DNA of 64,000 nt from Octopus sinensis (lineage: Eukaryota). Position 1 is the first letter of the stretch. The number at the start of each line of letters is the position of its first letter. Below, one piece after another: positions 26,280-38,493 of the stretch. The DNA lies in contig NC_043011.1 in assembly GCF_006345805.1 (NCBI RefSeq), positions 19,976,464 to 20,040,463 on the forward strand. Reading direction: 5' to 3'. The notes below the pieces were generated by a model. That model saw only the letters and a program-made list of their open reading frames with translations, was not told the origin of the DNA and ran no database searches. Position numbers and translations under genes: made by a program.

Positions 26280-26722
26280 CTACTGAAGGCACAAGGCCTT
26301 GAAACTTTGGAGGAAGGGACTAGTCGACTACATCGACCCCAGTCTTTCACTGGTACTTAATTTATCGACCCCAAAAGAGTGAAAGGCAAAGACGTCTCCG
26401 GTGGAATTTCAACTCAACGCGAAGACGGGTGAAATGCCGTTAAGCGTTCCGCCCGGCGTGCTATCGATTCTGCCAGTTCAATGCCTTTATGAAAGCCATA
26501 ATAATGATTTCAAATGTTGCTACAAGAGCAGCAATTTACGGGGAGGGGATTGAGTCGATTACATCGACCCCAGTATTCAAATGGTACTTATTTTATCGAC
26601 GCCGAAAGGATGAAAGATAAAGTCGACCTCAGCGGAATTTAAACTCAGAACGTTGCGACGAGTGAAATGCCGTTAAACATTCCGCCCGACGTGCCAATGA
26701 TTCTGCCACCTCGCCGCCTTCA
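26280..26722 (-). mobile_element. Two MetaSINE-like family B copies
   Basis: Two ggtactta.tttatcgac...gaaagg...ggaattt.aactca cores. Confidence 0.8.
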
Positions 26723-27039
26723 GTATACCTATTATTAAAGAGGCTCCAGCTAAACTTGAAGACGTTGAATTTTATTCGCAGGACGACCTATGTACAAGTA
26801 CATTATGCAATGTGGCCTACTGCATTAAGCAGTTATGTTCGATTTGGCGGCCATTTGGATCCGCTTTCTACTAGTTTGATCGTTCGTATACAAGCTTCTT
26901 TGTTTAGTTTGTAAAATTCTTGCTTTGGTTAGTGTTTGAACAAATTACACCTCTTATATTTGTGGTTGGATGAATTCGATCTATTCTAAGACGTATATTT
27001 CTTTTAGCTTTAGTTTATCCACTCATACATTTTATATTT

Positions 27040-27110
27040 GTGTTCGAACCAGTTACAGCCCACACTTGAAGCATCTGGGCCTACGCCCCTCCACGGTCAC
27101 TCGCAATGTA
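27040..27110 (-). mobile_element. Short fragment of the ORF1 zinc-knuckle region of the element at 28460-30090
   Basis: cacttgaagcatctgggcctac.cccctccacggtcactcgcaatg is shared with about 29069-29114; translates LRVTVEGRRPRCFKCG. Confidence 0.8.
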
Positions 27111-27638
27111 TATTTTGATTTTGAGCCGAGTATATGTCACCTACATCTAATCTGTGTTTCAACACAGTACAAATCTCTTACGCTTGATATTATTGCTTTA
27201 ACCAGGTACATTTCTTTCATTCTCACTTTTATTTTTCATTATACATCTCTAAACCCCAGTTTATAAGCGTCACAGTTCAGCTCCTGGAGGAAAGGTCATA
27301 ACCATTATCATCAGATATTTAATTCTCGTATCAGTAGCAAACATACCTTCGCTTAATTGTTGGTGATGCAGAGCAATTGGATAAGAATTCCACTACATCG
27401 AATTATTATTAATATTTCAGCTTTCAATTAAGTCCAAATTAGTTTAAGTTTACATAAGCCACAATCATCGCAGATTAGATTCCTTTCTTCTGAATACTGA
27501 AAGTCTTTTACATTAGAAAAATGAATTATTTTCCTGTGCTTGTTGGTGACAAGTATTCGAATCCTGTTGTATGCTAACAATTTCACTTACACACAGACAA
27601 ACACACACACACACACATATACACACACATGCACACAC

Positions 27639-27687
<49 letters not shown>

Positions 27688-27689
27688 AA

Positions 27690-28005
27690 GACTCCGCCGG
27701 TTACGACGACGAGGGTCCCAGCTGATACGATCAACGGAACAGCTTGCTCGTGAAATTAACGTGCAAATGGCTGAGCATTCCACAGACACGTGTACCCTTA
27801 ACGTAGTTCTCGGGATAATCAGCGTGACACAGAGAGTGACAAGGCTGACCCTTTGAAATACAAGTACAACTCATTTTGCCAGCTGAGTGGACTGGAGCAA
27901 CGTGAAATAAAGTGTCTTGCTCAAGGACACAACGCGCCGCCGGAATCGAACTCACAACCTTACGATCATGAGCCGAATGCCCTAACCACTAAGCCACGCG
28001 CCTTC
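27690..28005 (-). mobile_element. tRNA-derived SINE, family C, near full length
   Basis: Minus strand head ggcgcgtggcttagtggttagggcattcggctcatgatcgtaaggttgtgagttcgattcc. Confidence 0.85.
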
Positions 28006-28388
28006 ACTATATATATATATATATATAAACTTTAACTTCCGGCCTCTCTCACTCTATGAAAGTTTCTAGTTCGAATCACACGTGTCTCGAGATTTTCTAT
28101 TTTGGATATATTTGGGGTGCTTAGGTCTGCTCATGACTTAGTGCTTGCTTTTTCCATGGGTATGAGTAAGTATTTCATTTATGTCTTACGTATTTATCGC
28201 TGAGGAGGAGGAAATTGTTATGAATTAAGTCTGAAATTGGGACCAATACGGTAATAACGGAATTTTTTAGAAATTTCTATCAGCTTGTTTCGAGACGCAT
28301 AAATTATAATGGTTATTGACAATTTGTCTATTTTCGGCATATTTGGCATTAGAATTTTTCTTTTGCCCCTATTTTATAAGTTATATAT

Positions 28389-28459
<71 letters not shown>

Positions 28460-30090
28460 GCAATGAAGATCAACTATTCCGTCAATATGAATGGGCTATT
28501 TGTTGGTGTGGCGGCCGGGCTTACGATTAATTTACCCTCCGCCACTTCCGTACTGACATCTCGCACATCGTCCGGGTAAAGAGTTATTACTTTCCACAGG
28601 CATTCGTTCATTAATGCAAAACGAATGCCTGTCGGTGTGCCTTTTGTTCTTTTGTAAACACGTGCCTTGTGTTGTGAGCTAATGTATTTGAACATCGGTT
28701 CATTTCTTTCTCTAAACGCCACCGTTTTTCCACGTGTTTTTTTTTTGGTGGGGGCGGGGGGCGGGTGATAAATGATTTTATCGTGAGGTTGGATTGGGGA
28801 GTTTGGTTGTGTGTGTCTGTTGTATGTTTTGTTAATTTTTTTCATTGGAGAGGGGAGTCAGGGACATGTGCCTTTTTCCGCTTATGCCTAACTGTGGTAA
28901 GCTTCATTTCTTCAGTTGTTTCCTCTTTCCCCTCAGCAACATTTTCTTCCTTCTTCTCTGAAGCGTTCTCCGGCTTGTCCGTCTTTTCCTTCACCTCCTT
29001 TGCAGCTTTTTGGAGAGGGCCACATTCTCTTTTTCGTGCATTTGGAGCGAACGTGGACCTTTTCTCGACACTTGAAGCATCTGGGCCTACTCCCCTCCAC
29101 GGTCACTCGCAATGATAGCCCCTCCCCTACAAATACCCTATCGGGAAAATTTTCTGGGGTCTCATTCGCCGCTTGGATTACCATTTCTAATGTCTGGCCT
29201 TTCCAATTTATGGCGTCCTTCTTTTCCATCTGTTAGATGGATACCTCCTCCTCAACGTCATAAATCACAGCCGCTGCTACCCGCAGAACTTTATATCTTG
29301 CTGGTATCTCTTCCACCGTAATTTTTGCAGTTCTGTGACCCAAATATGTGGGTAGCAGCATTACCTCCTCGTTCTTTAATGTCTTTGTTGACACATCTTT
29401 GGCTACGTCAGCTTTTTGGAACTGCGCTTCGACAGTCGCACTTCGCGTACCACGGCCAACGTAGCATACCTGATCCCATATTGGAGCCAAGCACCTCTCC
29501 ACCACTTTGTTTTTGGCTTCCGTAATCTTCTTTTCCTTTATGTTATAAATTTTGTACACTACTGTTCTAGCATTAATTGCTTGTACCGTTTCAGGAGGCG
29601 GCCACAGTTTAGTGTCGCCGTCATTTTTAAAATTAAATTTCGGAACTTGAACAGTTGTTCCATTTTCACTTCTAAATCAGTCACGTTACCGCTCACTGCG
29701 GCCGAAAAAATTGGTCTTTCTTGTGTTTTCTCATTATTACTTGTTAAACCTTTTTCCATCACAGGAAAATCCTTTCGGGATGCAATGTTAAATTCCATCA
29801 CAAAAGCTTTTTTAAATCTTTGTCAAAAATGACAATTTCACAAATAATATACACAGTAACGGGTAAATCAAACAGTCCAATAATAAGTTGTTTTTTGTTT
29901 TCAAAATAATAATCCAACTGAATTTTCTGCCCCTTAGAGCGAAAAGTATTGTTTAAGTAACAGAATTTCAAAGTTTAACACAGAAAATTGACATACAAAA
30001 AAGCAGGAACGAATTCACATAACGTTTGGTAGCAAAATGTAACTCACGCCGGAAAAGGGGAGAATGAACGAGATGAGTGCTGTCATCCTT
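28460..30090 (-). mobile_element. ORF1-only non-LTR retroelement (L1/Tx1-like ORF1 with CCHC knuckle), pseudogenised
   Basis: ORF pieces 29801-29559, 29559-29233 and 29229-28933 (in-frame stop) with CFKCREKVHVRSKC (CX2CX4HX4C), then an acidic/basic linker and the domain in 28845-28474; it ends at (TA)n with no ORF2. The 5' boundary is approximate. Confidence 0.7.
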
Positions 30091-31294
30091 TAGCGGACTT
30101 TCAATAAATTTTATTAGCTATCTTTTGAGTGCAATAAAAGTCATCTATGATACGCATTTTTTTTCACAAAACTAAAAGTACAAGCTAAAACCACAAATCA
30201 TATTATTAGCGTGTAAATCTTTTCCCACTCTCTTTTATCAAGAGTAATATAATAATACAAAACAGCTCCGTTACTTTATTAAATCATTTGTGAACATTTC
30301 ACATGGAAAAACAATATTAAAAGGTAAAGATTATTTACAATAGCGTGTCTATTATTCTAGCATTCGTGCAACAATGTGGGTAATATGTGGCATTATGGTT
30401 TGGATATTTTAGGCCTTAAAAATTAAGAATACGTATTTTGCATGTCAGTATATATCACGTAAATTTTCATATTGAATCAAAATTCAAGATTAATTTATAA
30501 ACTGAAACACCCGAGGAAATTAAAAGCAAAGTAATTAATAAAATAAAATCTGGGAAACTATGAAATTTCTATGACCAGCAGCATAATCAACATAACCCTC
30601 TCCTGAGTCGAAGACAATATCTACAGAAAGATGTTTATGCCACGACTTCTAAACTATGCCTCTGTTCACTATAACAGCCTCATATAGAGTCGAAAATATA
30701 TTTATCACACTATATTAAAATTTAAATTTTCTGCTCGAATATAATTTGCATTTTTACTAGGCGTGAAGTATATTTCAGAGTCGAAGATATGGATTCGGGT
30801 GATGTCCATAATTTTCCCAAAAGGATATCAGATATAAAAGAAGAATAAATGGCTTAAATTATGCTACGAAATCACACTAAATTTGACGTAATTGTAGTTT
30901 AACGTTTTCTAGTGCTTGATCTGTTTAATCAATACAGAATATAAAGTTCGTAAATACCAATGGTGTTAAACTGATGACTAGATAATGGCTGCAGCACACA
31001 TTCGTTTGATTTATTGAGAGCATGCTTGAAATATTTGCAATTATTCACGTATTGATAAAGTGTCACATATCTAATCGAATTAAACATCCACACTTCGAAC
31101 AAATACTCGGATGTATTATTTATTGTGAATTGTTGGCATAATTAATATCGGAATTCTACCAGCGCAATTAGTACAGTAACAGAAAAATTTGCTGAAGAAA
31201 TTCAGACTGGGAAAACAGTTTGAATTTTCCATTACAACAGCATAAATTAACACAGTAATTTAGTTCATAAATGAACACCAACATGCTGTACCAT

Positions 31295-31810
31295 GTACTG
31301 GCAGAATGGTTAGCACGCTGGGCGAAATGCTTAGCGGTATTTCGTCTGCTGCTACGGTCGACTTTGCCTTTCATCCTTTCGGGATCGATTAAATAAGTAC
31401 CAGTTACGCACTGGGGTCGATATAGTCGACTTAATCCGTTTATCTGTCCTTGTTTGTCCTCTGCGTGTTTAGCTCCTTGTGTGTAGTAAAGAAATAGGTA
31501 TTTCCTCTGCCGCCACGTTCTGAGTTCAAATTCCGCCGAGGTCGACTTTACCTTTCCTCCTTTCGGGGTCGATAAATTAAGTACCAGTTACGCACTTGTC
31601 CTTGTTTGTCCTCTCTGTGTTTAGCCCTTTGTGAGTAGTAAAGAATTAGGTATTTAATCTGTTTTACGTTCTGAGTTCAAATTCCTCCGAAGTTGAATTT
31701 GCCTTTCATCCTTTCGGGGTCGATAAATTAAGTACCGGTTGCGTACTGGGGTCCATCTAATCGACTGGTCGCTCCCCCCAAATTTTCTGGCATTGTGCCT
31801 AGAGTAGAAA
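31295..31810 (+). mobile_element. Head-to-tail trimer of MetaSINE-like family B
   Basis: Three gcctttcatcctttcggg(g/a)tcgat-type cores joined at aaagaa(a/t)tag|gtattt. Confidence 0.85.
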
Positions 31811-32124
31811 AGAATGTTATACGAACGTTTTTTGTAATAAAGCTGTATTAATATGTAGTTCATACAAAATTTCCAATCAAATGTAGAAAGAAAAAAAATA
31901 CAATGGTAGTTTAATGAGAGGAGTAAAAGTGCATTGACTGATATTTGTACGTCTTCATATGTCAATAGCATATGTGGCTAGCTTTTCCTCTGGAAAGTAT
32001 TATTTTTAAAATGGGTTTATCTTTGCTCAGAGCAAACTCTCTATCCTGCTCTATATTTGCTTTTATCTAATTATGCATGAATTTTTATCTAAACCGACAT
32101 CACTGATTTCCAAGATTTTTATAT

Positions 32125-32235
32125 TTTCGCCGTCTCAAACCGATGAAAATATTTTGGAAAATTAAATTTAAATGTCGAAGTGAATCTAACGGTTTTAGTG
32201 TGCTTTTAAATGGCTTATAAACATTTGCCACGCTG
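32125..32235 (+). repeat. Fragment of the G3-C8 hammerhead repeat family (3' half of the motif plus downstream body)
   Basis: tcgccgtctcaaaccgatgaaaatattttggaaaattaaatttaaatgtcgaagtgaatctaacgg... is colinear with 46200-46318 and 59340-59460. Confidence 0.7.
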
Positions 32236-32238
32236 TTT

Positions 32239-32269
<31 letters not shown>

Positions 32270-32760
32270 ATGTGTGTGTGTATGTGTGTGTGTGTGTGTG
32301 AGTGTGTGTGTGTATATATGTGTCCTGCCCGCCAAATTTGGTTCTGGTGTTCGCTGAATTCTTCCTCTAGAGAATTTCCCTTGTAGTTTGATCGTTTATG
32401 ATCTATTTCTAGCATTCTGGCCGGCTACCTAGCAGGCCAGCCCTGCCTATATACACATATATTTGAATTTTCTCTGACTCCTCAGATTTTTTGAATGCTG
32501 GACTACTGGTTTTAAATTGATATTAAAATTAATATTAATTTATCTCCCTCAATTTTTAAATATTTAAATAAATACGTTCCCTAGCAGTAAGCTTTACCCG
32601 CAGTGAATTATTCACTGCAGCCCTTCGCTTCAGGAGTCTCTTAGCGCGCCGGAACCAAGACATTTGAAATTTTATTCCTGATGTAATCAGTAAGACTAAG
32701 CACGTGTCTGTCTTGACACAGAGAGCTGGGGTTAGTCTTGCGGTTTGCATCTCGAGGACC

Positions 32761-32838
32761 GAATGTACTGAAGAAGTCACGGACACTTGAATTATGCAAG
32801 TAATTCTTTTGTTAAGACCGAAACCGAGGTATGCATTT
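32761..32838 (+). ncRNA. Type I hammerhead ribozyme, array copy 1 (predicted cleavage after 32831)
   Basis: gaatgta CTGAAGA agtc ...gaattat-gcaa-gtaattc... gacc GAAA c cgag g T A tgcattt: 7-bp stem I (2 G-U), intact core, GUA triplet. Confidence 0.75.
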
Positions 32839-33306
32839 AAGTCTGTTTTTTATTTAATTTTTCATATGTCCTGCCCGCCAAATTTGGTTCTGGTGTTCGC
32901 TGAATTCTTCCTCTACAGAATTTCCCTTGTAGTTTCATCGTTTATGATCTATTTCTAGCATTCTGGCCGGCTACCTAGCAGGCCAGCCCTGCCTATATAC
33001 ACATATATTTGAATTTTCTCTGACTCCTCAGATTTTTTGAATGCTGGACTACTGGTTTTAAATTGATATTAAAATTAATATTAATTTATCTCCCTCAATT
33101 TTTAAATATTTAAATAAATACGTTCCCTAGCAGTAAGCTTTACCCGCAGTGAATTATTCACTGCAGCCCTTCGCTTCAGGAGTCTCTTAGCGCGCCGGAA
33201 CCAAGACATTTGAAATTTTATTCCTGATGTAATCAGTAAGACTAAGCACGTGTCTGTCTTGACACAGAGAGCTGGGGTTAGTCTTGCGGTTTGCATCTCG
33301 AGGACC

Positions 33307-33384
33307 GAATGTACTGAAGAAGTCACGGACACTTGAATTATGCAAGTAATTCTTTTGTTAAGACCGAAACCGAGGTATGCATTT
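33307..33384 (+). ncRNA. Type I hammerhead ribozyme, array copy 2 (predicted cleavage after 33377)
   Basis: Identical to copy 1. Confidence 0.75.
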
Positions 33385-33852
33385 AAGTCTGTTTTTTATT
33401 TAATTTTTCATATGTCCTGCCCGCCAAATTTGGTTCTGGTGTTCGCTGAATTCTTCTTCTAGAGAATTTCCCTTGTAGTTTGATCGTTTATGATCTATTT
33501 CTAGCATTCTGGCCGGCTACCTAGCAGGCCAGCCCTGCCAATATACACATATATTTGTATTTTCTCTGACTCCTCAGATTTTTTGAATGCTGGACTACTG
33601 GTTTTAAATTGATATTAAAATTAATATTAATTTATCTCCCTCAATTTTTAAATATTTAAATAAATACGTTCCCTAGCAGTAAGCTTTACCCGCAGTGAAT
33701 TATTCACTGCAGCCCTTCGCTTCAGGAGTCTCTTAGCGCGCCGGAACCAAGACATTTGAAATTTTATTCCTGATGTAATCAGTAAGACTAAGCACGTGTC
33801 TGTCTTGACACAGAGAGCTGGGGTTAGTCTTGCGGTTTGCATCTCGAGGACC

Positions 33853-33930
33853 GAATGTACTGAAGAAGTCACGGACACTTGAATTATGCAAGTAATTATT
33901 TTGTTAAGACCGAAACCGAGGTATGCATAT
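33853..33930 (+). ncRNA. Type I hammerhead ribozyme, array copy 3 (predicted cleavage after 33923)
   Basis: Core identical; two peripheral substitutions (distal stem I and distal stem II). Confidence 0.7.
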
Positions 33931-34115
33931 AAGTCTGTTTTTTATTTAATTTTTCATATGTCCTGCCCGCCAAATTTGGTTCTGGTGTTCGCTGAATTCT
34001 TCCTCTAGAGAATTTCCCTTGTAGTTTGATCGTTTATGATCTATTTCTAGCATTCTGGCCGGCTACCTAGCAGGCCAGCCCTGCCAATATATACATATAT
34101 ATATATATATATTAT

Positions 34116-34151
<36 letters not shown>

Positions 34152-34259
34152 CAAACACACATTCACACATATATATATGCATACATACATACATACATAC
34201 ATACATACATGCATACATACATACATACATACATACATACATACATACATACATACATA

Positions 34260-35588
34260 CACTGAACCGTAAAAGGAACGCGAAAAGTGTGTGACTGTGC
34301 AATAAGTTTTAATTTCATTATGTCAGAGCTAAATTTGGATAAATCTGATAAAGTCAATTTCTTGGATACACTTTGGTTACAGTCTTGTCGGCTTTGGGAC
34401 CACTTGGTGCCGCCGCCTCTGGATTTCATCCCAGAAGTGTTCAATTCGGTTCAGATCCGGGCTGTGAGCCGGCCACGGCATGCATCTGATGTTGTGCTAG
34501 ACGCAGGAAGCACATGTCAACCCTGGCCGTGTGGGATGTACCACTCTCCTGCTGGCGCAGGCTGATATGTTGACGCGTGAAGAAGAGCACATTGTGAAGT
34601 CTTAGGATCTTGTCGACGTAGCGCTGCGCTGTGATGCCATTCTCTTCGCTTACATTCACCAATATTTTGGAGCACATGCGGCCATATCTCTGATTCAAGC
34701 CTATAGCTCCCCCACACCATAACACTTTGGCCAACCCTCGCGTCTCTCTCCATGACACATGCGTCTCTGTAGCGTTTACCCCCTCCTGCACCACACCGTC
34801 ACTCTGCCATCCGAGGTGGAAACGCAGTAGAAGCTCCCCTCGGAGAAGACTATCGACCTCCATTGTTTATGCCACCAATGTCGGTGCTGTGTAGCCCACT
34901 GTAGTCGTTCCTGGCGGTCGCGGGCGTGAGGACAGGCCCTCGAGCAGGACGACGGCAATGCAGGTTGTTGGCCGCTACTGAACCTCGTACCGGGTCGTAG
35001 CTGATGGGTCGCTGTTCAGCGCCAATGGACTCGAGAGTTGTCACGCTGGCCGGTTTCAAACGATCACGGAGGTGTTACATGTAGATGAAGCGGTCCTGCT
35101 TATGCGTGGTCGCCAGGGGATGCCCTCTGCGGTCACGGTATGCAGTGATGTTAGCGTTGTTGTATCGTTGTTGCAGGCGATACATGGTGCGGACATGGAC
35201 ATTGTAAGCTTCTGCAACAATCAGGGTACGCTGCCCTGCTTGCAATCGGCCGGGAGTTTGTTCTCTCTGCGCCGCTGATAATCGGGTCATACCCGATGCG
35301 TCCAAATTAAGAAAGCTAGGAACGCGATTCACGTTGATTTTTATATCCATAACCTCCACGACATGCACATGCATTTCGGTGTTCATGACAGCAGTTTGCG
35401 ACTAATCAACTCAGCGGCTTTTTCGCGTCTCATTTTAGTGAAAGTTGAAAAGTTACATGCGCTTTCGATCTTAATCTTAAAGTAACATGTGTTGGAATAT
35501 TTACACTTACAACCCCGAAATAATTTTTTCAGAATTTACCATATAAAAATGACATTTGAAAAAATCGAGTTTCTTTTGCGGTTCAGAG
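34260..35588 (-). mobile_element. Full-length Tc1-like (DD34E) transposon fossil
   Basis: TIRs TA|cactgaaccgtaaaaggaacgcg and cgagtttcttttgcggttcagag|TA; frameshifted transposase MTRLSAAQREQ..GRLQAG, QWRSIVFS, SVMVWG, SPDLNRIEHFWDEIQRR. Confidence 0.9.
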
Positions 35589-36188
35589 TATGTACGTCAG
35601 TTCTGTTCCTTATAATAAAACATTAATATATCAATATATTTTGAAGTTAACTGTTGAATTTGTTTGAGTGTAAAATTCTTCTACGAGCTGGTGTCTTGCA
35701 TAAAGAACCCTGAACTGCCATCATGGTATCATGAAATTACATGTATTGATAACACCTGTAAAACATGTGTTGGAATATTTACACTTACAAACCCGAAATA
35801 CATCTATAATCACTGAGATATTGGTAACCACACAAGTGATAACAGAAACCATACAAGTAATATTACTGAAAAGCAAGAAAGATATATACTGCAACTAAAA
35901 TACTAGAGAAGACAACGATGAAGCAAATCGAAACATATGGAAAAGAATTCTATCCTATGAAGGTTATTCACGTTTGTATTCTATGTTGCAACAAAGGGAT
36001 ATATTGTTGAACAGGTAACGGCTGTTGTACACATTGTTGTTGAATACGTCTGTGTACTTGCTCGCAATGTGCATATTTATTGCAATTAAATATGTAACAC
36101 TTTAGTAAGGCATAAATACTTTCACAATTTCAAACATTCACTCATATTATTAAAAAAAATTTACCCTTAAATATATTTTGTCATGACG

Positions 36189-36528
36189 CATGGCCTGGGA
36201 CCCCCTTCGGTCACGACACTGACCATGGGCTTGCACCTAGAAAGTTACCCTCCTAGTCACAAGTCTGGGTAAGGTGGTTTATGGATGGCCAGCAGTCGCC
36301 CATGCACACCGGCCTCCCCTCTCCACGCCACCAGTGTTATCCAAGGGAAAGGCAAAGGCCGATACAGCCTGGCACCCGTGAGGTCGCAACTCATTTCTAC
36401 AGCTGAGGTAATTGGAGCACGTGAAATAAATTGTCTTGCTCAAGAACACAACACGCAGCCCTATCCAGGATTCGAGATCGCAACCTCACTATCGTAAGCT
36501 CGACGCTCTAACCACTGAGCCATGCGCG
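36189..36528 (-). mobile_element. tRNA-derived SINE (family C-like head, different 3' body) with 11-bp TSD
   Basis: Head gcgcatggctcagtggttagagcgtcgagc; TSD ttgtcatgacg at 36178-36188 and 36529-36539. Confidence 0.9.
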
Positions 36529-38493
36529 TTGTCATGACGAGGAGACGAAAAACGGAATAATACAGGTAGTTATGAAGACTTTCAAGTTATCTCATTTAGT
36601 TCGGTAAGTTAACAACATTTGCAATTAATTTACCAGCGATATTTTATGTTTAAGAGTACACAGTCCCCCATATATTCCTGGCCTTATAAAACGTTAGAAA
36701 TTAAATATCATAATTACTGTTGCGATACGAAAGAATGTGCTTTTAGGTTTCTTTTTTATGCAAGCAAATAATGTAGCTGATATTCTGTCCACTTAGTTGT
36801 AATATAAAAACACAATATAGTTAAATATTTCATTCAGTTTCTTGGAAAGAAAATGTAATTTCATATCATTGCAATTAGCAAATATTCAACGAAAATAATC
36901 TGCAACAGCTGGTGTCGCAGTTAATAGCGTCACCTCAGTTTAAGTCAATAAATTGATTCCAATGATAGAGCAACAGCTACACAGAATTTTCTGAATTTCT
37001 TCTTTTTATCAACCCCCTGTACCAAAATAGCTTCTTTTTTTTTCTTTTCGTATTACAATTACAATATAATTCAAATCTGATTACCTAACGCCTAAAGTCA
37101 AATTATATTTGTTAAATTAATTTTCATGTTCTTTTTATAAACAATTTAAATGAAAATTTTCAGGATTTTTCCCAGGTTAAAACTACATCTTCGTCTGCCA
37201 TTCCATGGGCTTTATATACTTAATTTTGATGACCCAATGAGGGAGCCTCTTTCTGGTGGTGTGACCTGCTAGAAAGCGTCGACAGTTCATTCTAAATTGC
37301 TCTCTCTCTCTCTCTCTCTCTCTCACTTACGAATGTTCATGTCAAACGTAAATTTCTATATTCTCTTTAGAATTTAATAATGATTTCTTACAGTAGTTTA
37401 ATATCAAAGATGTATAGAGAGAAAGGACCACAATCGGCTGAGTCTACGAGCTTAGTACATGTTATGTCCCTGAAGTATCTTTTCTGAAAGAAGGAAACAT
37501 AAAGCTGACTTCTTGACTATTTCAATCTAAACTCTGTTGCCCCTGATAGTCAACCGTTTCTTTTATTTAATAGCAATAACTAATAACTTGAAACACGACC
37601 ATAAATTCTAATAAAGACTGAGAAAGTTGCCAGCATTAATGCTAATATACTATTGATACACAATTCCAGATGTCTAAAAGCCTAGATCAATGCACACAAG
37701 GATATATGTACTGCAATTTACTGGTACAGCACACTCCACAAACTTTGTTTTATCAAAGTTACTGTATGTTTTCACTATAATTGCTTGTTTTAGTTAACTA
37801 AATATATGAGAACGTTTTATCAAGTGAATTGACTTCTATCAATGGTAAAATAGCATCGCCCAAAAGTCGAAAATGCTTTATAATTTCGAGTGGTAACAAC
37901 AATATCACTGAACCCGAAGGACGAACATTATTATCACTGATATATTTATCTTTCTTTTCTATGATAAAACAATTAATTTCCTTTGATAAGGAAAGTGATT
38001 TGGAATGGCAGTCACGAGCTCTACATTTTCTATCAATTACAGAATTGTTAAATCAGGGTTCCACAGATATGGAGTTTGAAATGAGAACAAACTCATACAC
38101 TAAATTGTTTGGTTTATTCTTAACCATTCATACTTAAATTATATATTGTTTCTATACGACCACGGATCAGGTTCACCTTATGAAACATTCTAACATGGCT
38201 TTTACGCAAATGTAATGTATCAAGAGTGACAATTTAGTGAGATGATAGGGTTACTATAAAGAAGATTTGGTTATTATTTTAAGCAGTTCAAATAACGTCA
38301 TATAGCCCTCCTCTTATTCCTTATCACAAAAATACGTTATTTATATTTATTGAATCTCGGTTAACTGTTATGCACAATCTATGCATCAATTTTATTGAAC
38401 TAAATACATTACTGTGACTTATGTGATCGACTATCGCAGGATGTGAACCTGGCTCAATCTGTTAAGCAAAATGTAGATACTGAATATATAATC

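Larger units (their letters stand above)
32321..34090 (+). repeat. 546-bp tandem array (3 full units plus ~130 bp) with one hammerhead per unit; retrozyme-like
   Basis: Unit starts at 32321, 32867, 33413 and 33959; only a handful of substitutions between units; flanked by microsatellites. Confidence 0.95.

Noticed and set aside
30075-30100. aaggatgaca match to U6 snRNA at the 5' flank of the ORF1 element
   Set aside because: Only about 10 nt, expected by chance.
30600-30790. Three gagtcgaa.a motifs spaced about 80-90 bp apart
   Set aside because: The intervening sequence is not similar; too weak to call a repeat.
32470-32495. Second CTGAGGA...GAAA motif on the minus strand of the 546-bp unit
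   Set aside because: No stem II can form between the core and GAAA (gtcaga), and there is no stem I/III.
32556-33878. Three identical 76-aa ORFs
   Set aside because: They are antisense to the ribozyme in each repeat unit and show no recognisable domain; identity just reflects the tandem repeat.
32321-34090. TRIM or solo-LTR tandem interpretation of the array
   Set aside because: No PBS or PPT next to the candidate TG...CA boundaries on either strand.
37990-38130. LWNPDLTI motif on the minus strand, reminiscent of Cys-loop/chemotactile receptors
   Set aside because: Flanked by stops, weak splice context, and no Cys-loop downstream.
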